In this document: positions 15,063-29,379 of the stretch, one piece after another
How positions within the stretch are numbered: position 1 is the stretch's first letter
Layout of the letters: each line of letters starts with the position of its first letter
From: the human T2T-CHM13v2.0 reference genome, Homo sapiens
NCBI RefSeq assembly: GCF_009914755.1
Contig: NC_060932.1
Direction: 5' to 3' (one strand)
DNA: 64,000 nucleotides
The notes under the pieces: model-generated
Told to the model about the DNA's origin: nothing
What the model saw: the letters and a program-made list of their open reading frames with translations, nothing else
The model's database searches: none
Position numbers and translations under genes: made by a program

Positions 15063-16701
15063 GAGAGTTGGTACTAGTAGAGCGAGTTACTCCTATAAAG
15101 ATAACCTGAAAATGAGGAAGCGACTTTGGAAGTGGGTAAAAGGCAGAGGCTGGAAGAGTTTGGAGGGTTCAGAAGACACGTAGATGTAGAAAAGTTTGGA
15201 ACTTCCTTGAGACTTGTTGAATAGTTTTGACCAAAATGCTGATAGTACTATGGACAATGAAGTACAGGTTGAGGTGGTCTCAGATGGAGATGAGGAACTG
15301 ACTGGGAACTGGAGCAAAGGTTACTCTTGCTATGCTTAGCAAAGACTCTGGTGGTATTTTGCTTCTGCTCTAGAGATTTATGGAACTTTGAGCTTGAGAG
15401 AGATGATTTAGGGTAACTGCCAGAAGAAATTTCTAAGAAGCAAAGCATTCAAGAGGTGACCTGGCTTATTTTGAAAGTGTACATTTAATATGAATTCATA
15501 AAGAGATGGTTTGAAATTGGAATTTACGTTTAAAAGGAAAGTAAAGCATAAAGGTTTGAAAAATTTGCAGCCTGACCATGTGGTAGAAAAGGAAAACACA
15601 TATTCTGGGGAGGGATTCAAGTCAACTGCAGAAATGTGCATAAGTAATGAGGAGCTGAATGTTAATAGCCAAGACAATGGGGAAAATGTCTCCAGGGCAT
15701 GTCAGAGAACTTCACAGCAGCTCCTCCCATTCCAGGCCTAGGAGGAAAAAATGGCTTCCTGGGCTGCACTCAGGGCCCCATTGGTCTGTGCAGCTTCAGG
15801 TCTTGGTAGCCCACATACCAGCTGTTAAAGCTCCAGCCATGCCTAAAAGGGGTCAAGGCACAGCTTGGGCCATTGCTTCAAATGGTCCAAGCCCTAATCC
15901 TTGGTGGCTTCCACGTGGTATTGGGCCTGCAGGTATGTGGAAGACAAGAGTTTGAACTTTGGGAGTCTCCACCTAGATTTCAGAGGATGTATAGAAACAC
16001 CTGGATGTCCAGGCAGAAGAGCTCTCATGAAGAACCTCTACTAGGGCAATGTAGAGGGGAAATGTGAGTTGGAGCTCTCACACAGAGTCCTCACTGGGGC
16101 ACTGCTTAGTGGAGCTGTGAGAAGAGGGCCACCATCCTGACCCCAGAAAGGTAGATCTAACGACAGTCTGCACCATGTGCCTGGAAAAGCCACAGGCATT
16201 CAATGCCAGCCATGAAAGCAGCCGCAGGGGCTGTACCCTGCAGAGCCACAGGGGTAGAGCTGCCCAAGACCTGGGAGCCCACCCATTGCATCAATATGCC
16301 CTGGATGTGAGGCATACAGTCAAAGGAGATGATTTAGGAGCTTTAAGATTTAATGACTGCCCCAACAGGGTTTAGACTTGCATGGAGCCTGTGGCCCCTT
16401 TGTTTTGATAAATTTCTCATACTTGGAATGGGAACATTTACCCAATGCTTGTACCTGCATTGTATCTTGGAAGTAACTTTTGATTTTGATTTTTTTTTTT
16501 TTTTTTGCTTTTGCTTTTGCTTTTGCTTTTGATTTTACAGGCTGATATGTGGAAGGGACTTGCCATGTCTCAGATGAGACTCTGGACTTGGATTTTTGGG
16601 TTAATGCTGGAATAAGTTAAGACTTTGGGGAACTGTTAGGAAGGCATTATTGGTTTTGAAATGTGAAAAGTACATGAGATTTGGGAGGGTCTGGGGTGGA
16701 A
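15063..16701 (+). mobile_element. THE1-int MaLR internal region
   Basis: Typical THE1/MST-int text (ggaagagtttggagggttcagaaga, cagcctgaccatgtggtagaaaag, ggagctgtgagaagagggccacc), ending in a polypurine tract before the 3' LTR. Confidence 0.9.
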
Positions 16702-17078
16702 TAATATTATTTGGCTCTGTATCCCCAACCAAATGTCATTTTGAATTGTAATCCCCATGTGCTGAGGGAGGTACCTGGTGGGAGGTGATTGGATCATGGG
16801 GGCAGTTTCCTCCAAGCTGTTCTCATGATAGTGGGGGAGTTCTCAGGAGATCTGATAGTTTTAAAAGTGGCAATTTCCCCTGTATACTCTCTCTATCTCC
16901 TGCCACCATGTAAGAATTTGCTTGCTTCTCCTTTGCCTTATGCAAACCTTATATTCTATGTTTCCTGAGCCCCATCCCCTCACATCCATGCAGAACTGTG
17001 AGTCAATTAACCTCTTTTGTTTATAAATTACCCAGTCTCATTAGTATCTTCTGAGGAGTGTGAGAACAGACTAATACA
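16702..17078 (+). mobile_element. THE1 (THE1D-like) MaLR 3' LTR
   Basis: taatattatttggctctgtatccccaacc...gagaacagactaataca. Degenerate 5-bp TSD GGGGT (14698-14702) / AGGAT (17079-17083). Confidence 0.9.
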
Positions 17079-17140
17079 AGGATCTCTCTGTATTATTTAT
17101 TGCAATTCAATGTGAATTATTTCAAAATAAAAAGGTTTTA
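17079..17140 (+). mobile_element. L1MD 3' terminus (continuation of 13444-14702)
   Basis: ggatctctctgtattattt...tcaaaataaaaaggttt. Confidence 0.75.
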
Positions 17141-17159
17141 ACCTTAAATATTAGATCAA

Positions 17160-17632
17160 AATTATTCATAAATTTACAGCAAAATTACTCTTACTAACCC
17201 AAAACTGGAAACAGCCCAATTGTTCATCAACTGATGAATGTATACACAAAATGTGATATATTCGGCAATAAAAATGAAGTACAGATACATGCTATAACAT
17301 GAGTAAACCTTGAAAACATCATACTAAGTGAAAGACAACAGTCACAAAATATCATACATTATATGATTCTATTTATATAGAACAATCAGAATAGGCAACA
17401 ATAAAGGCAACAATAAAGAAAGTAGATTAGTAATTGTCCAGTGCTCCTGCTGTTGGTGGTGGAGATGGGGAGTTACTGCTAGTGAGTGTATGTTTTCTGC
17501 TAGGAGTGAAGAAAAACTTTTAAAATTAGTAGAGAGTGTTTCAGAACACTGAATATAATAAATACCCTTTGACTTACACTATAAATGGGCTAATGTCAAC
17601 ATATGTAAATTATATCTCAGCAAAGGTGTCAG
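17160..17632 (+). mobile_element. L1MB-type 3' end
   Basis: aactggaaacagcccaattgttcatcaactgatgaatg...aaccttgaaaacatcatactaagtgaaag...atgtaaattatatctcagcaaag. Confidence 0.75.
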
Positions 17633-17649
17633 AAATACATAATGGATTA

Positions 17650-18590
17650 TTAGTAAAAATAGAGAATATACCATGCAAATATTAATCAAATCAAATAAAG
17701 AATGGTTAAACTAATGCTATACAAAACAGACCACTCAATGAAGAATACTACCAGAGGTAGAATATTACATAATGATAGAAAATAAATTCATCAATAAATT
17801 TTAACTATCTAACCATATTCATGTATATTAACATGAAGCAGAAACTGATACTACTGAAGGAATAGACAAGTCTACAACTACAGTTAGAGATTTTAACAAT
17901 CAACAACCAGAACATTAACAGCACATAGAAAAACTTTTATAGAGTATTACACTATTGAGTTAGAATTGCCTAAGCTTCCATTTTAAGAAGAGAGAAAAAA
18001 GAAAACAATCTATGCAGGAGTAAAGGAATGATAATGACAAGAGCTCAAAGCAATGAAATTGAAAGGAGAAAAAGAGAAAAAAATTCTAAATCCTTGTTCT
18101 TTGAAAAAATCAATAAAATCAATAAATGCTTTCCTAGACTGATCAAATAAAGAAAGATAGGGAGGAATACAAACTTTGTCAGGAATGAAAATGGATTATC
18201 ATTAGATGATGTAGATATTTCAGTAATAAGGCAGTATTATAAACAAGTTTATGTACATTCAAGAACATAGATGAATCTCAAAAGGATTATAAGTGAAAGA
18301 TCCATATACTGTATACTGTATGGATGCATACTATATGATTTAATGACATTCTGAACAAAGACAAGACTATACAAATGGAAATCAGAACAGTAGTTGCTGA
18401 GGGCTGGAGGTAATGAGAAGGAAGTAACTACAAAGGGCCATGAAGCAACTTTTTGGCATGAGGTAAATATTTAATATCTTTATTGCAGCTATATGATTGT
18501 ATATGTTTGTCAAAATACATAATGTTTTATGCATAAGAATGAAATTTACTGTAAATAAAATATACATCAATACATCTAAGAAAAAAATAA
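17650..18590 (+). mobile_element. Old L1 (L1ME/L1M5) fragments: endonuclease region and 3' end
   Basis: ataccatgcaaatattaatcaa, gaatagacaagtctacaactacagttagagattttaac, ttctttgaaaaaatcaataaaat; 3'UTR-like text at 18260-18590. Confidence 0.6.
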
Positions 18591-20809
18591 TTTTAAGATG
18601 TTTTTGGCTTGCCAGTCAATAACATTAACAAAATGTTACTGTGCTTAGAGGCATAAAATTGGAGAAAAAGAAATTTATTCACTGAAATAAAAGGATCAGA
18701 GGTATTTGAAGTTTTCTGGAAAAGATCATCTTCCCTATGGTTAGAGGAAATAAACCTCAACTATTATTAGTACATATAGAAATGTACATGCAAACTATAA
18801 ATATTCTAAATTGCTTTTCCTTGCACAGTAAGGAAATGCATTCATTATTTGCCCATAATTGCATTCTCAATACATTCCATTCCCATAAATAAACTATTGC
18901 TTATAACAAATTTTCTTTAGGCCTCTTGAACTGATACAATACCCACGAGACTGGTTTAGAAAGCCAATGTTTTAAAAGAAAAACTAATTATAAATGAGCT
19001 AGCTACTTACTTTATCTACTTGAGATTAATAATTTTATTTATTGTTTTCATTGGACTAACTAAATAAAATTAATATCTATGTTGGATCTAGTCTTCACAT
19101 TTTCTCATTCACAATTTTGAGGGTTATTGCAATTAAAGAACATGGTAAATGTTGAACATGAAATAAATGATCAGTGCGTCTATTCAAGGTGATCCCTGGA
19201 AAGTGTAATGCCTAACTTTTCCATCATTTTTCTTATTCTAAGCACAATATATGAATACTTATGAATTTAAAATTGGATTTTAAATATCTTTACCTTCATC
19301 ACTAAATAAAACTTTTATTCCTATATTCCTAGGAATAGAAATGTAACAGCTTCAGGTTTACTCAACAGTAGACATGTGTGTCTTCAATTACCTATTCAAG
19401 AGCACCACTGATCTGTTTCTCCAAATACCACATATAATTACCTTATTTTATAAGGAGAATGTGTAAAATTTTAAAGATAATTACAGAGCAACATGTGCAG
19501 AAAGGATGTGGCTGCTAAATCTAGAAAAGGTGCAATTCAATCCCACTGTACTGCCCATTCCCTCTTTCTCCCTCTGAAAATCAAAGAAACAAAGAAAAAC
19601 ATATAAAGCAAAACCTTTTGTAAAACTGTTTATTTAAACAAATATTACTCTTCTTCTGTAGTTTATCTCTATTTCACATTAGGTCTGCATATTTCTGGGT
19701 AAATAAGTGAATAGTTAACCTGCAAAATTTATTAATCCTGATTTATGGAGGATGTTAGAACTTTCAAAAATTCCCTCGTTTTCTCACTTCTTTACATAAA
19801 GTCTTTACCAAAAATATTTAAGGAGACATTTTAGCATGTGAACTATGCATATATTTTGCAGGTTGATATTAGTAATAATAAGACACAGTATTTACAGAGA
19901 GCTATTTGCTATGGACTGCATACAGTTTCAGGTGCATTTTTTATTTAATTCCAGAAAGGAATACCCATGCACTATGCAATGAAGTAGAAATTTTTCATGG
20001 TATGTGGCTGTGAAACAGATGTATATTGCAAATATTGCTATTTTATTGATAAGAAAACCAACATGATTTGTATTCCAGTTATTCTAAGAGAAGGGAGCAT
20101 TACAATTTGTAGTGACATAATCAGGTATATATTAACATTTATTTTATTTATCTGATAATCTGGCAGTTTAAGTACTAATCTTATGTTCATATAAGCCTGA
20201 AAGTAGTTGAAAAAGCTTGAAATCACTAATAATATCTGTGGTCTTCAATTTCATTACTTTAATTTATTTCCAATATATTTTTAAAAATGTATATATTATG
20301 CATTTGTTTTCTATTTATGTCATTCTCAAGACTGATACCTCTCAAAAGAATGTCTGATAGGAGAGATGTTATTTTCTACATTATTTATCTTTTTATTTTC
20401 CTGTATTCATTTCATTGATTTTTCTAACAATCTACAAGCAAAATCTGGTCTATTTTACAAGCAAGATACCTCAAATCCCAGTATGTTGTACTACATTGAC
20501 AATTTTATGATGTAGTTACAATTTTATTTGAAAAAATGACAAATGTATTGGTATTCTTTTAGAGATATGACTATAATTAGCTTTTTTGCTGTTTTTAATT
20601 TTCACTATGCATCAATATCTATCAAACCCCAAACTCCAAGATCTCAAATTAAATTTGTTTTAGGACATTAGGCAAGGATCAGACAATGGATTTATTATGC
20701 AAAGGCAAAACAAAAAAAAACAAAACAGAAACTGAATTTCATATTTTCTTAATTCTCCAGTCAAATCTGTAAGCACATTCAGGAATAATTTTGAAGATAA
20801 TATAATAAA

Positions 20810-21070
20810 GGGGTTATTTATATGGAGTTGTGGAAAAGGAATCAAAATGGAATGGGGTGGCACCAAGGGTCATGTATTTCCATTTGGAAAATAATGGAAA
20901 CACCCGTGCAGAATGACAGCTGGTGGCTGGGACTGTCATAGGGAAAACATCAGTTCCACTCAATGGCTCAAACCAAAAGGAAGCCAGAGGGCAACAGGGT
21001 CTGCAGACAATTAGGCAGAAAATAGACTGGGGCAAAAGGGCAGGAACAGAGAATGAGTTACACAGGTGTC
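20810..21070 (-). mobile_element. Degenerate ERVL-type LTR (LTR33-like)
   Basis: caatggctcaaaccaaaaggaagccagagggcaa resembles an LTR33 core; purine-rich patch in AT background. Confidence 0.35.
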
Positions 21071-21269
21071 AGTCAACATACGTATTACTTATTTAAAGAT
21101 ATCAAAGATGAAAGACTGTCTAGTAACAGTAGAAAAAAACTGTAGTTGGAATATAAAACATATATGTAATAGAACATTTACAGTTAGACACAGTCATAAA
21201 GATAACATAAAAATCATCACAAAAAAATAAATCGTGCTTATATTGAGGTATTTTTTTCTTAAGCTAAGA

Positions 21270-21460
21270 AACCATTCATTGAATAATTGTCAAATGTTTT
21301 CTATATGCCAAGTACTCTTTCTGAAAGCATATTAATGAATAAAACAGATACAGAGTCAGCTTTTTCATGCTAGTGAGGAGACATCACAGAATAGAATTTA
21401 GCAAGATTACAGCAAAAATGGAAATTATTGTATAATGAAGTAGAAGAGAGTAAAGGGACT
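21270..21460 (-). mobile_element. L2 3' fragment
   Basis: ccattcattgaataattgtcaaatgttttctatatgccaagtactc...atgaataaaacaga. Confidence 0.5.
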
Positions 21461-22769
21461 GAGGAATCAAGGGGTACATGGCCTAGCAAATTCTCCCATC
21501 TTCTTTTATACTCTCAGTGAGGGGAAAATATTGTGACAAGTTGAGTGTGTGCTTTCTGGCAGCTCCAGGAAGTGTCCAGCAAAAGTACCTGTATAGTTTC
21601 ACTGTCATGAAAGGAAAGGAAAGGAATTCCTTACTGGGAGCCCTTACAGGAAAAACAACTTAGGGAAGAAAGACCATAATATAAAATCCCTCCCTCCCAA
21701 CATGCATTTGCCTCTGGATTTCCCATACAAACAGGTCTCCAAACTTATAGTATTTGTAACGGTTATAGTCAGAAAATGAATGCTTTTTCTTTGGGGATGT
21801 TTCATTTTACTTCATGCCATTTTATCTTTTTATCCAATTTTAAGGCTAATAACTATTAACATGACAAATGGGGAATGAGTCTCTGTACCATATTTCAGCC
21901 CAGATATAATTTTTGTCCCTTGAGGGTTCTCTAAATGTATTTTTAAAAATAAAATGTATTTTAAAGCTGATTTTTATGGTATAGTGTTCTATGAAATCCT
22001 TTGAATTACACGTTTACTGAATAAATATTGTAGTACAAAATCCATGGTATATAACTCTATAAATTTATTTGAATGAGTAATGTTCACTGAACAGCTACCA
22101 TAGTAAAAAAAAATTAACCATGTTGTATTTGCATTTTTTCCTACCAGTTTGAATTAAAGATAAAATATGTTTATACATTTAAACATAAGTATTTATATCT
22201 ATGGTTAGAATCTTATACATATTTGTATTTTTAATTTTAAATGCTATATAACCTACTTTCAGATAAACAATGTTGAACAGGAAGACCCTTAATTAAATGG
22301 GTTGCTTACTTCACTTTTATAAGAAATTTAAATTGTGGTATACAATTAGCTTATGAAGATATATTCACAACAGACACAATTTACATACACCCTTGCATAC
22401 ATATGCACAAATAATCAGGCATTTATTTATATAAAACATTAATTATGGGATTGTCCCCTCCAGGATACTAATCACACTAACTATAGTTCTCATGGCCTCC
22501 ACACACATTTATTTGTGTTTTGTCTTTTAGAAAGAGAAGAAAAAAATAAAAGCACATAAGTGGCACATACGGATTGTGAGAGTAAGGAGTAGTAAAAACT
22601 TAAAGAAAGAAGGAAGAACAAAAATTGTATCAGGACTATTTAAATGAAAAACAGGACAGTACAGAATTGGCCAGATAGTTGGCAACAAAAATTTTAATAA
22701 AAGAAAAACACATATGCCCGTACTCCAAAATGAAAACCATCAAATACAATATTATAGTACCTTCCTTTT

Positions 22770-23775
22770 AATTTATTCAAGAATTATTTTTTCACTCAAC
22801 ACTCTCTTACAAAAGTTAATTGAGCACTTTATATATGTTGGGTACCCTTCTAGGAGTCAAAACAACAGACAAAGATATCATCCTCAAAGAACCTGCATTC
22901 TTGTTGGAGAGGGAAAAAATAAACATGAAGTAGTAAGTACACAGCATGCCAGGTAGTGATAAGCTCTACAAATGAAACTAAGTGGTGTGGGTGGTACAGA
23001 GAGATATATGGTTAGAGGTCTGAGAAAGACCTGTCTGATAATGGTCCTATTAGCAGAGTTATGAAGGAAGTGAAGACGTAAGCCATGTAGTTATATGAGA
23101 TATATCATATATATGCATGGAATCTTGAGCAGGACTCTGTAACTCGAGTGGAGTGTCCAAGAAAGACAGTGGTTAGGAATGCTGTTGGAAAGATAGCAAT
23201 GGGCCAGGTATAATATGACCTTGCAGGGTTATTGCACAGTCTTGTGATTATAGTCTTCCATAAGGAGAAAGCCATTGGAACATTTTAGTAGAGGAATATC
23301 ATGTCTGATTTGCATCTGATAAAAACTGAGCTGATGTGTTGAACAGAGTAGGGTTAGGGCAGGGACAGGTGGAAGTTACTTGAATAACCAAGTGATAGTT
23401 GCTGATATGTTCTGGGAATAGAATTGATGGCAATGGAGGTCAATAGAGAGGTTGCTTTCTGACTTAATTTTGCTGAGAGCCAACGGAGTTTGTGAGAAAG
23501 GAAAGAGTCAAAAATGACTCTAAATTCTTGGTCTAAGCAATTGGAGAGATGGAGAATCCTTGATTAGGTGGAGAGCACCATCAGATGTTGAAATCTGGGA
23601 GAAACAGTGAAAGCTCAGTGTTGGAGATGTTAAGTTTACAGTGCTTAGAAGTCCAAGTATTGATATCAAATACACAGGTGGCTAAAGGAGTCACCAGTAT
23701 ATACATATGGTGTTTACAGTAACATTTCTAGATATGCACTAAGACAGTGAGCATAAATAGAAGACCAATAACTTG
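22770..23775 (-). mobile_element. L2a fragment, about 1 kb
   Basis: aattgagcactttatatatgttgggtacc, atgaaggaagtgaagacgtaagccatg, gaaagccattggaacattttag, gagtcaaaaatgactc, ttggagatgttaagtttacagtgc. Confidence 0.8.
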
Positions 23776-23841
23776 CTCCGCTTCTGGATTCCCCCCACAC
23801 ACCAAGGTTTACTCCAGAGGCACTATAAAGACAAAAGGTGG

Positions 23842-24199
<358 letters not shown>

Positions 24200-24559
24200 C
24201 TACCTTGTACCCCTCTGTACATTAGGGGTGGGGAAGTCAGGCTTTGGTGTGGAAGAATAAAAATAGGAAGAGAAATGTTAGAATTCCACTCTCACTTCTC
24301 ATCCACCCTCGCCTTGGGATGTCATTGTGCTGCCCTCACATTGGGGGAAAATTCCTCAATTTCTCCCTACCTTGTCCTTGCTAAGTGATACAGGACTGTC
24401 ACTTAGATCTGAAACTTTTAGAAAATCAGTTAAAGACCACTTGGAGGAGCCTTGGGAGGTTTTTGCTCACCATCAGTTCCAATCTAAAGGGATTTGGAAT
24501 AGCCTAATTTTGAAGTATATCATTTTTATTATCAACTGGTATGAGTTATGTTTACACTA

Positions 24560-25550
24560 AGGATATTAAACTTTTTTATTTTTCCCCACTTTATTGTCTT
24601 CCTTTTTAAACTTTTTTCATGAAAAAAATTGTTATGTCTGTATTGTTTCATTGTGATTTTCCAAATTGCATTTATGCTTAGAAAGCCTTTTTCTATTCAG
24701 AAATTAAATGAATCTTCATTGTGTACCTCCTACGATATACTTTTGCTTCTGTTTTATACATTAAAATTTTTAATCAGTCTGAGATATATTTTGCTTCAAA
24801 GTAGGAGATGAGATATTGATTGATTTTTTCCTATGCAGCTGTCAGTTTTCTCAGTACCATTTGAAATACTCTATTCTCCATTTGCTTATGGAAATTCCTA
24901 CCTCATCTAAACTATGTTCTAAAACATACTAGAATTAATGCTTTGTTGTACTGATTTCCTCAATTTTAATATGTATCTACAACATTTTTAAATGATCATA
25001 TCTCTTTGTATTTCTACATTCATGTCATGAAACACTAGCTTCATTTTGTATGTTTTTGTAAATTTTTATGTCCACCTGCATTTGTTTTCAAACTTGTTGA
25101 GTTGCTGAAAAAGAACTTTGAGCTTGTCACTGGGGTTATATTGCACTCGTTTTGAAAGAATTAACAGCAGCGATCATGGTTAGAAACAGTAAAAAAACTA
25201 GTATAGTAGAATCACAAATTAATTAGAATAGACTCACCAATGAGAACAGATACCAGATAGACAGCAAAAGTATAAGATTAATACTATGTCTTTGCAGTTA
25301 TCTCTGTCTTCTTTAATATCTCTCAGTGAAGTTAAATAGTTTTCTTTACAGTACCTGCACATTTTCTTTTAGGAAAACTCTTTATTTGACATTTTGCAGA
25401 GGTATATTTTAGCATTATAATATAATCTAACGTTATAATTTTTCTAATGTATTTTGTGTATTTATCTTATGCTCAGTTTCTTGATGTCTCTTCTCAATTT
25501 TAAGTATTATTTACATAATTCTTCTGGATTCCCTAGATTTATGTGTCTTT
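24560..25550 (-). mobile_element. Highly diverged L1 (L1ME/L1M5) ORF2 fragments
   Basis: atgcttagaaagccttt, tacattaaaatttttaatcagtctgagatatatttt, cagttttctcagtaccatttg, tacctgcacattttc. Confidence 0.55.
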
Positions 25551-25809
25551 TCCTTTCAAAATTAAAACTCTTCCAATTTCAAATTTTATTTATTTAAATC
25601 AGAACTTCTAGTGTTAAATACCAAGTGTACTTTCGAACAGAAATATAGGAATATGAGGGGAGCCGGGAACTTTGGTTGCATATAAAAGAAGGAAATGGAA
25701 ATAATACAACTGAAGGAAAATATAATAGATCACCCAGCCAGATAAACCTTAAATGTGCTGCTTTTAACCTGGCCTCTAACTGCATGGAAGGAAGCCAACC
25801 TCCACGTTG

Positions 25810-26410
25810 TTCTTCAATCCAGCAATCTGCATTTCCACCTAGTTCCAAGTTATCATCAATTATTATTTACTCCTACTTCCTAAATATTCTTCTTCTGAAC
25901 AATCAGGACTTAGACCAGATCCTCAACATATATAAACAAAATTATTATAATAGCATCCTAACTAGTTTCGTGTCTCTAAAAAATATTCTATGCACCTTAT
26001 GTGTTGCAAATATAGTATTCTTTCTAAAACTTGTTAAGTTGTCACACGAATCTTAAAATCAGTGGTACTCAAACACATACATAATAGGTCACCCTTAAAT
26101 ACAAACATGCAGGGTCTGCAAGATCTAACTTATATTTATGTCTTAATCATCACTTCTCAATTCTTCTCCCTCCTTGCCTTGTTCTTGCTACGAAATCTTG
26201 CACTTTTATGAAGACATGTACTGTATCATAACTAAGCCTTTACACAGGTTTTATTCTTTTTGTAGAATGTCTTCTGTTATCTCCTCTTATGTATTTTATT
26301 ATGCCAGATTTTTAGAGACTTAAGTCAGCATCATTTTAACAGGAAAATGTTTCCAGAAGTTGTCCAAGCTGTGTTAACCACCCAACTTCAGAGCTCAGTA
26401 TCCTCAGTAT
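25810..26410 (+). mobile_element. L2 fragments
   Basis: ctacttcctaaatattc, aatagcatcctaactagtttc, agcctttacacaggttttattctttttgtagaatgtctt. Confidence 0.55.
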
Positions 26411-27254
26411 CCTGTGATCAAAACATTTTTTACAATATGTAAGAAAATTTAGAGTAGAAAATTATATTCCCCCTTCCCTATTTCATCCACACTGTTTTAA
26501 AGCCTTTGACTGACTGAATTATTCTTGAAAAATGTTTTGCTAAATATGTTTCTTTGTAACTTAGATTTCAAATTGTGAGCTAAAGCAAGAATAAGAATAT
26601 AGTGAAAGTCTGAACCCATAAAAACAAAATATATGATCAAGTACAACCATGTTTAGTTAGTAATTTTGTATCTAACAATTTAGAAGAAGCAACTTCTTCC
26701 TAAAAGGAAATCATTGTTCTAGGCTTAATTTTGGAAAAAAAAATGAAGAACTCTTTGAGAATAAAGCTGTGATATAAAATTAGACAAATATGATTTTATA
26801 AGCACATACATGAGAAATCTCAAGAAAGAAACCCATTCCATCACATATCCTAGGATTTTAAAAAGCAGAAATTTAAAAGTTAAAAGATAAGTAGAATCCT
26901 ATAATTATATGAATTCACTCAGCCCTACCTTAAATTCTTTTCATATAGGTCAATGGTTTTATAAATCAATAAAATTTGTCCAGTGTTATAGACCAGACAC
27001 TAAAACATACGAAGATAACAAGAGTGTTTCCATCACTAAATTCTTCTTGAAAAGATGAAGAAATGAGGATAATTAATATCTGAGATTGATATTTCAAAGT
27101 ATTATGATACTCTGACTTTGGAGGATAGTTGGAAGTTTTACAAGCACAAGACAGAACAGAACATCCTATTAAGAGTAAGAAATATGAAATAGCAAATTTT
27201 GTTTTCCTTCACTTTTTCAATTTCAATTTTTAATAGGAATTTACTTCCTCTAAA

Positions 27255-27335
27255 GGAATGTTACTGTCTTCAGTGTCTAGAACAGTCCATAATAGGTAGT
27301 AGTCATTCAATAAATTCTGTTGAATGAATAGATAA
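27255..27335 (+). mobile_element. L2 3' terminus
   Basis: cagtgtctagaacagtccataataggtagtagtcattcaataaattctgttgaatgaatag. Confidence 0.7.
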
Positions 27336-29239
27336 AGATTGTTAAACATTTTTTTCTGATTTTGACCCTAACACTATGCCCAGCCTAGACTGATTCACAG
27401 CCCAACTCTTGAGAGACACAGAGCAGATATAATCATACAATATTCTATAAAGTATCTTTTCACTACAAATAAGTAAAATGCCAAAAATTTAGTCATTTCC
27501 TTAAAATTTAGTGGATTCTTATATGCCTTATTGAATAACAAAGAAAATGCTGTAATTAGTACTAGTTTTTTGGAACTGGAATATAACTGTGAATATATCA
27601 ACATAAATGTGGCCCACATGTTACCAAAGTTTAAAAACCACTAATTTACACCATCTCATCCTTTTTTAACCTATTTCATTTTCTCCAGTTTCTCCCCAAA
27701 TATCCTTTGCATTTTATTGTTCTGTAATTTTGTTTATGCTGTTATTTCTTTTGTCTGAAAAGATAAAGTATAGAAAATCTTGTCTGGAGAGTGTGAAACT
27801 AGTTAGGATGCTGTTGTAATAATTTTGATTATATATTTTGAGGACTTGCCCAACTGACTTGACAAACTACTACTTATCCTTAAATATTCAGCTCAAATGT
27901 CACTTTTTCACTTTTCTGTGAAATGTGTGTTTCATCTTGATCCCACAACACTTTATATTGCCTCTATTTTATGTGCAACGATCTAAAAATCCCATAAATA
28001 TTTGTCTACATGTATTACTATTATTCCTTAAGGGTAGAGAAAAAAAGTCCAGTATCCATACACTCTTTAAATCTTGGTTAAATGAAGGGGCTAAACAAAA
28101 CAAAACAAACAACAACAAAAAAACTGCTTATGATACCAAGAACAATCGCCTTGCAATGCTTTTTTGAATGCCCTACTAGTTTTCTAAAGGCATACCTGCA
28201 TATATTGGTTACTCAATCATTCCTGACACCACCCTTTCCATAATTGTACCATTTTAAAGAATTTTATTCGTTTCAACCAAAACGTCTCACGTTATTGTCT
28301 TTTTGTCCTAACACAAACTTTGGGGTTATTTGGAATACATCTAACTCTTCTTCTAAATATATGCCTTTAAATATGTAAAAGCAGCTGGTCTATATGCCAC
28401 TAAATTCTAATTTTACTCTAGTCTATGGTTTCTAAATTAAAATCATTGATCCCGTTCCTCTAATTCAAACAAAAAAAATAAAGCCAAAGCAAGTAATAAA
28501 CAAAGCAATTATAAATCTACCAATCTTAAAAATTCATATGCTATACCATGAAGACTTCTTCTAGCACCTGAACTGAACACTGGGAACTGGAGTGTGGTTC
28601 AGACAGCACACACCTCTGCTAATATGAAAAATTGTAACTATTTCCATGTTTCTTCTCAGGCTAAAATTCAACTTACACTTGTGCCTCACCAGCACGAAAC
28701 TCGGCACATCATTTTACTTTCAGTTGTTGTTGTTGTTTTTAATATTAGACGGAAGAGTACAAATTCTAAATACTAAGTTTTTTTCCTGTAAGCCCTAGCA
28801 ATAATTCTTTTCATAAGACAAGTTGTATATATTTTTTTCACAGAATTTTCTTTTAGACCAAAATATCTGGGAAATTTGTAAACGACCCTTTTTACTTTTG
28901 CCTGCCTTTAAATGACTGAATCGATTTACTTTTAAATGTTTTACAAACAAACAAACCTTTTATTGAAGTAATTCCAGAAAAAGAAACTCTGGATCCTCAG
29001 CTCATGTGGTCTATCGGGAAGTACCCTCAGCCTGGCAAGCGCTTCCACTATTCTCATTGCCCAGTCAGCGGCCTCCTTCAGACCTCTGCTGGGATACGAC
29101 TGTCTCAGTCAGGCTGACGCCAACCACACGAGGTGCGACCCCAGGTGTGTGAGGGAAAGGCCCCTACCCCACAGGGAACAACAGCCACGGGGAAAGGAAA
29201 AGCCCTAAAACCCTCTTGCGGAGTTTTAAAAAAGAAAGA

Positions 29240-29326
29240 AACAAACAACAACAACAAAACAAAACAAAAAAAGCCTTATTTGAACAAACAACAATAACAA
29301 AACAAAATAAAAAAACGCCTTATTTG
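29240..29326. repeat. 43/44-bp tandem duplication of a CAA-rich tract ending GCCTTATTTG
   Basis: Copies at 29240-29282 and 29283-29326. Confidence 0.8.
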
Positions 29327-29379
29327 TGCCCTGAGTCTTTCTCCACAAGAGCAGCCACCCAGGTGTCTCCCTCTGAGAG

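Noticed and set aside
25676-26056. 126-aa ORF (similarly 10739-11110, 42299-42649, 55820-56203)
   Set aside because: Mostly non-ATG starts, low-complexity AT-biased translation, overlap with repeat relics and no recognisable domain or splice structure.
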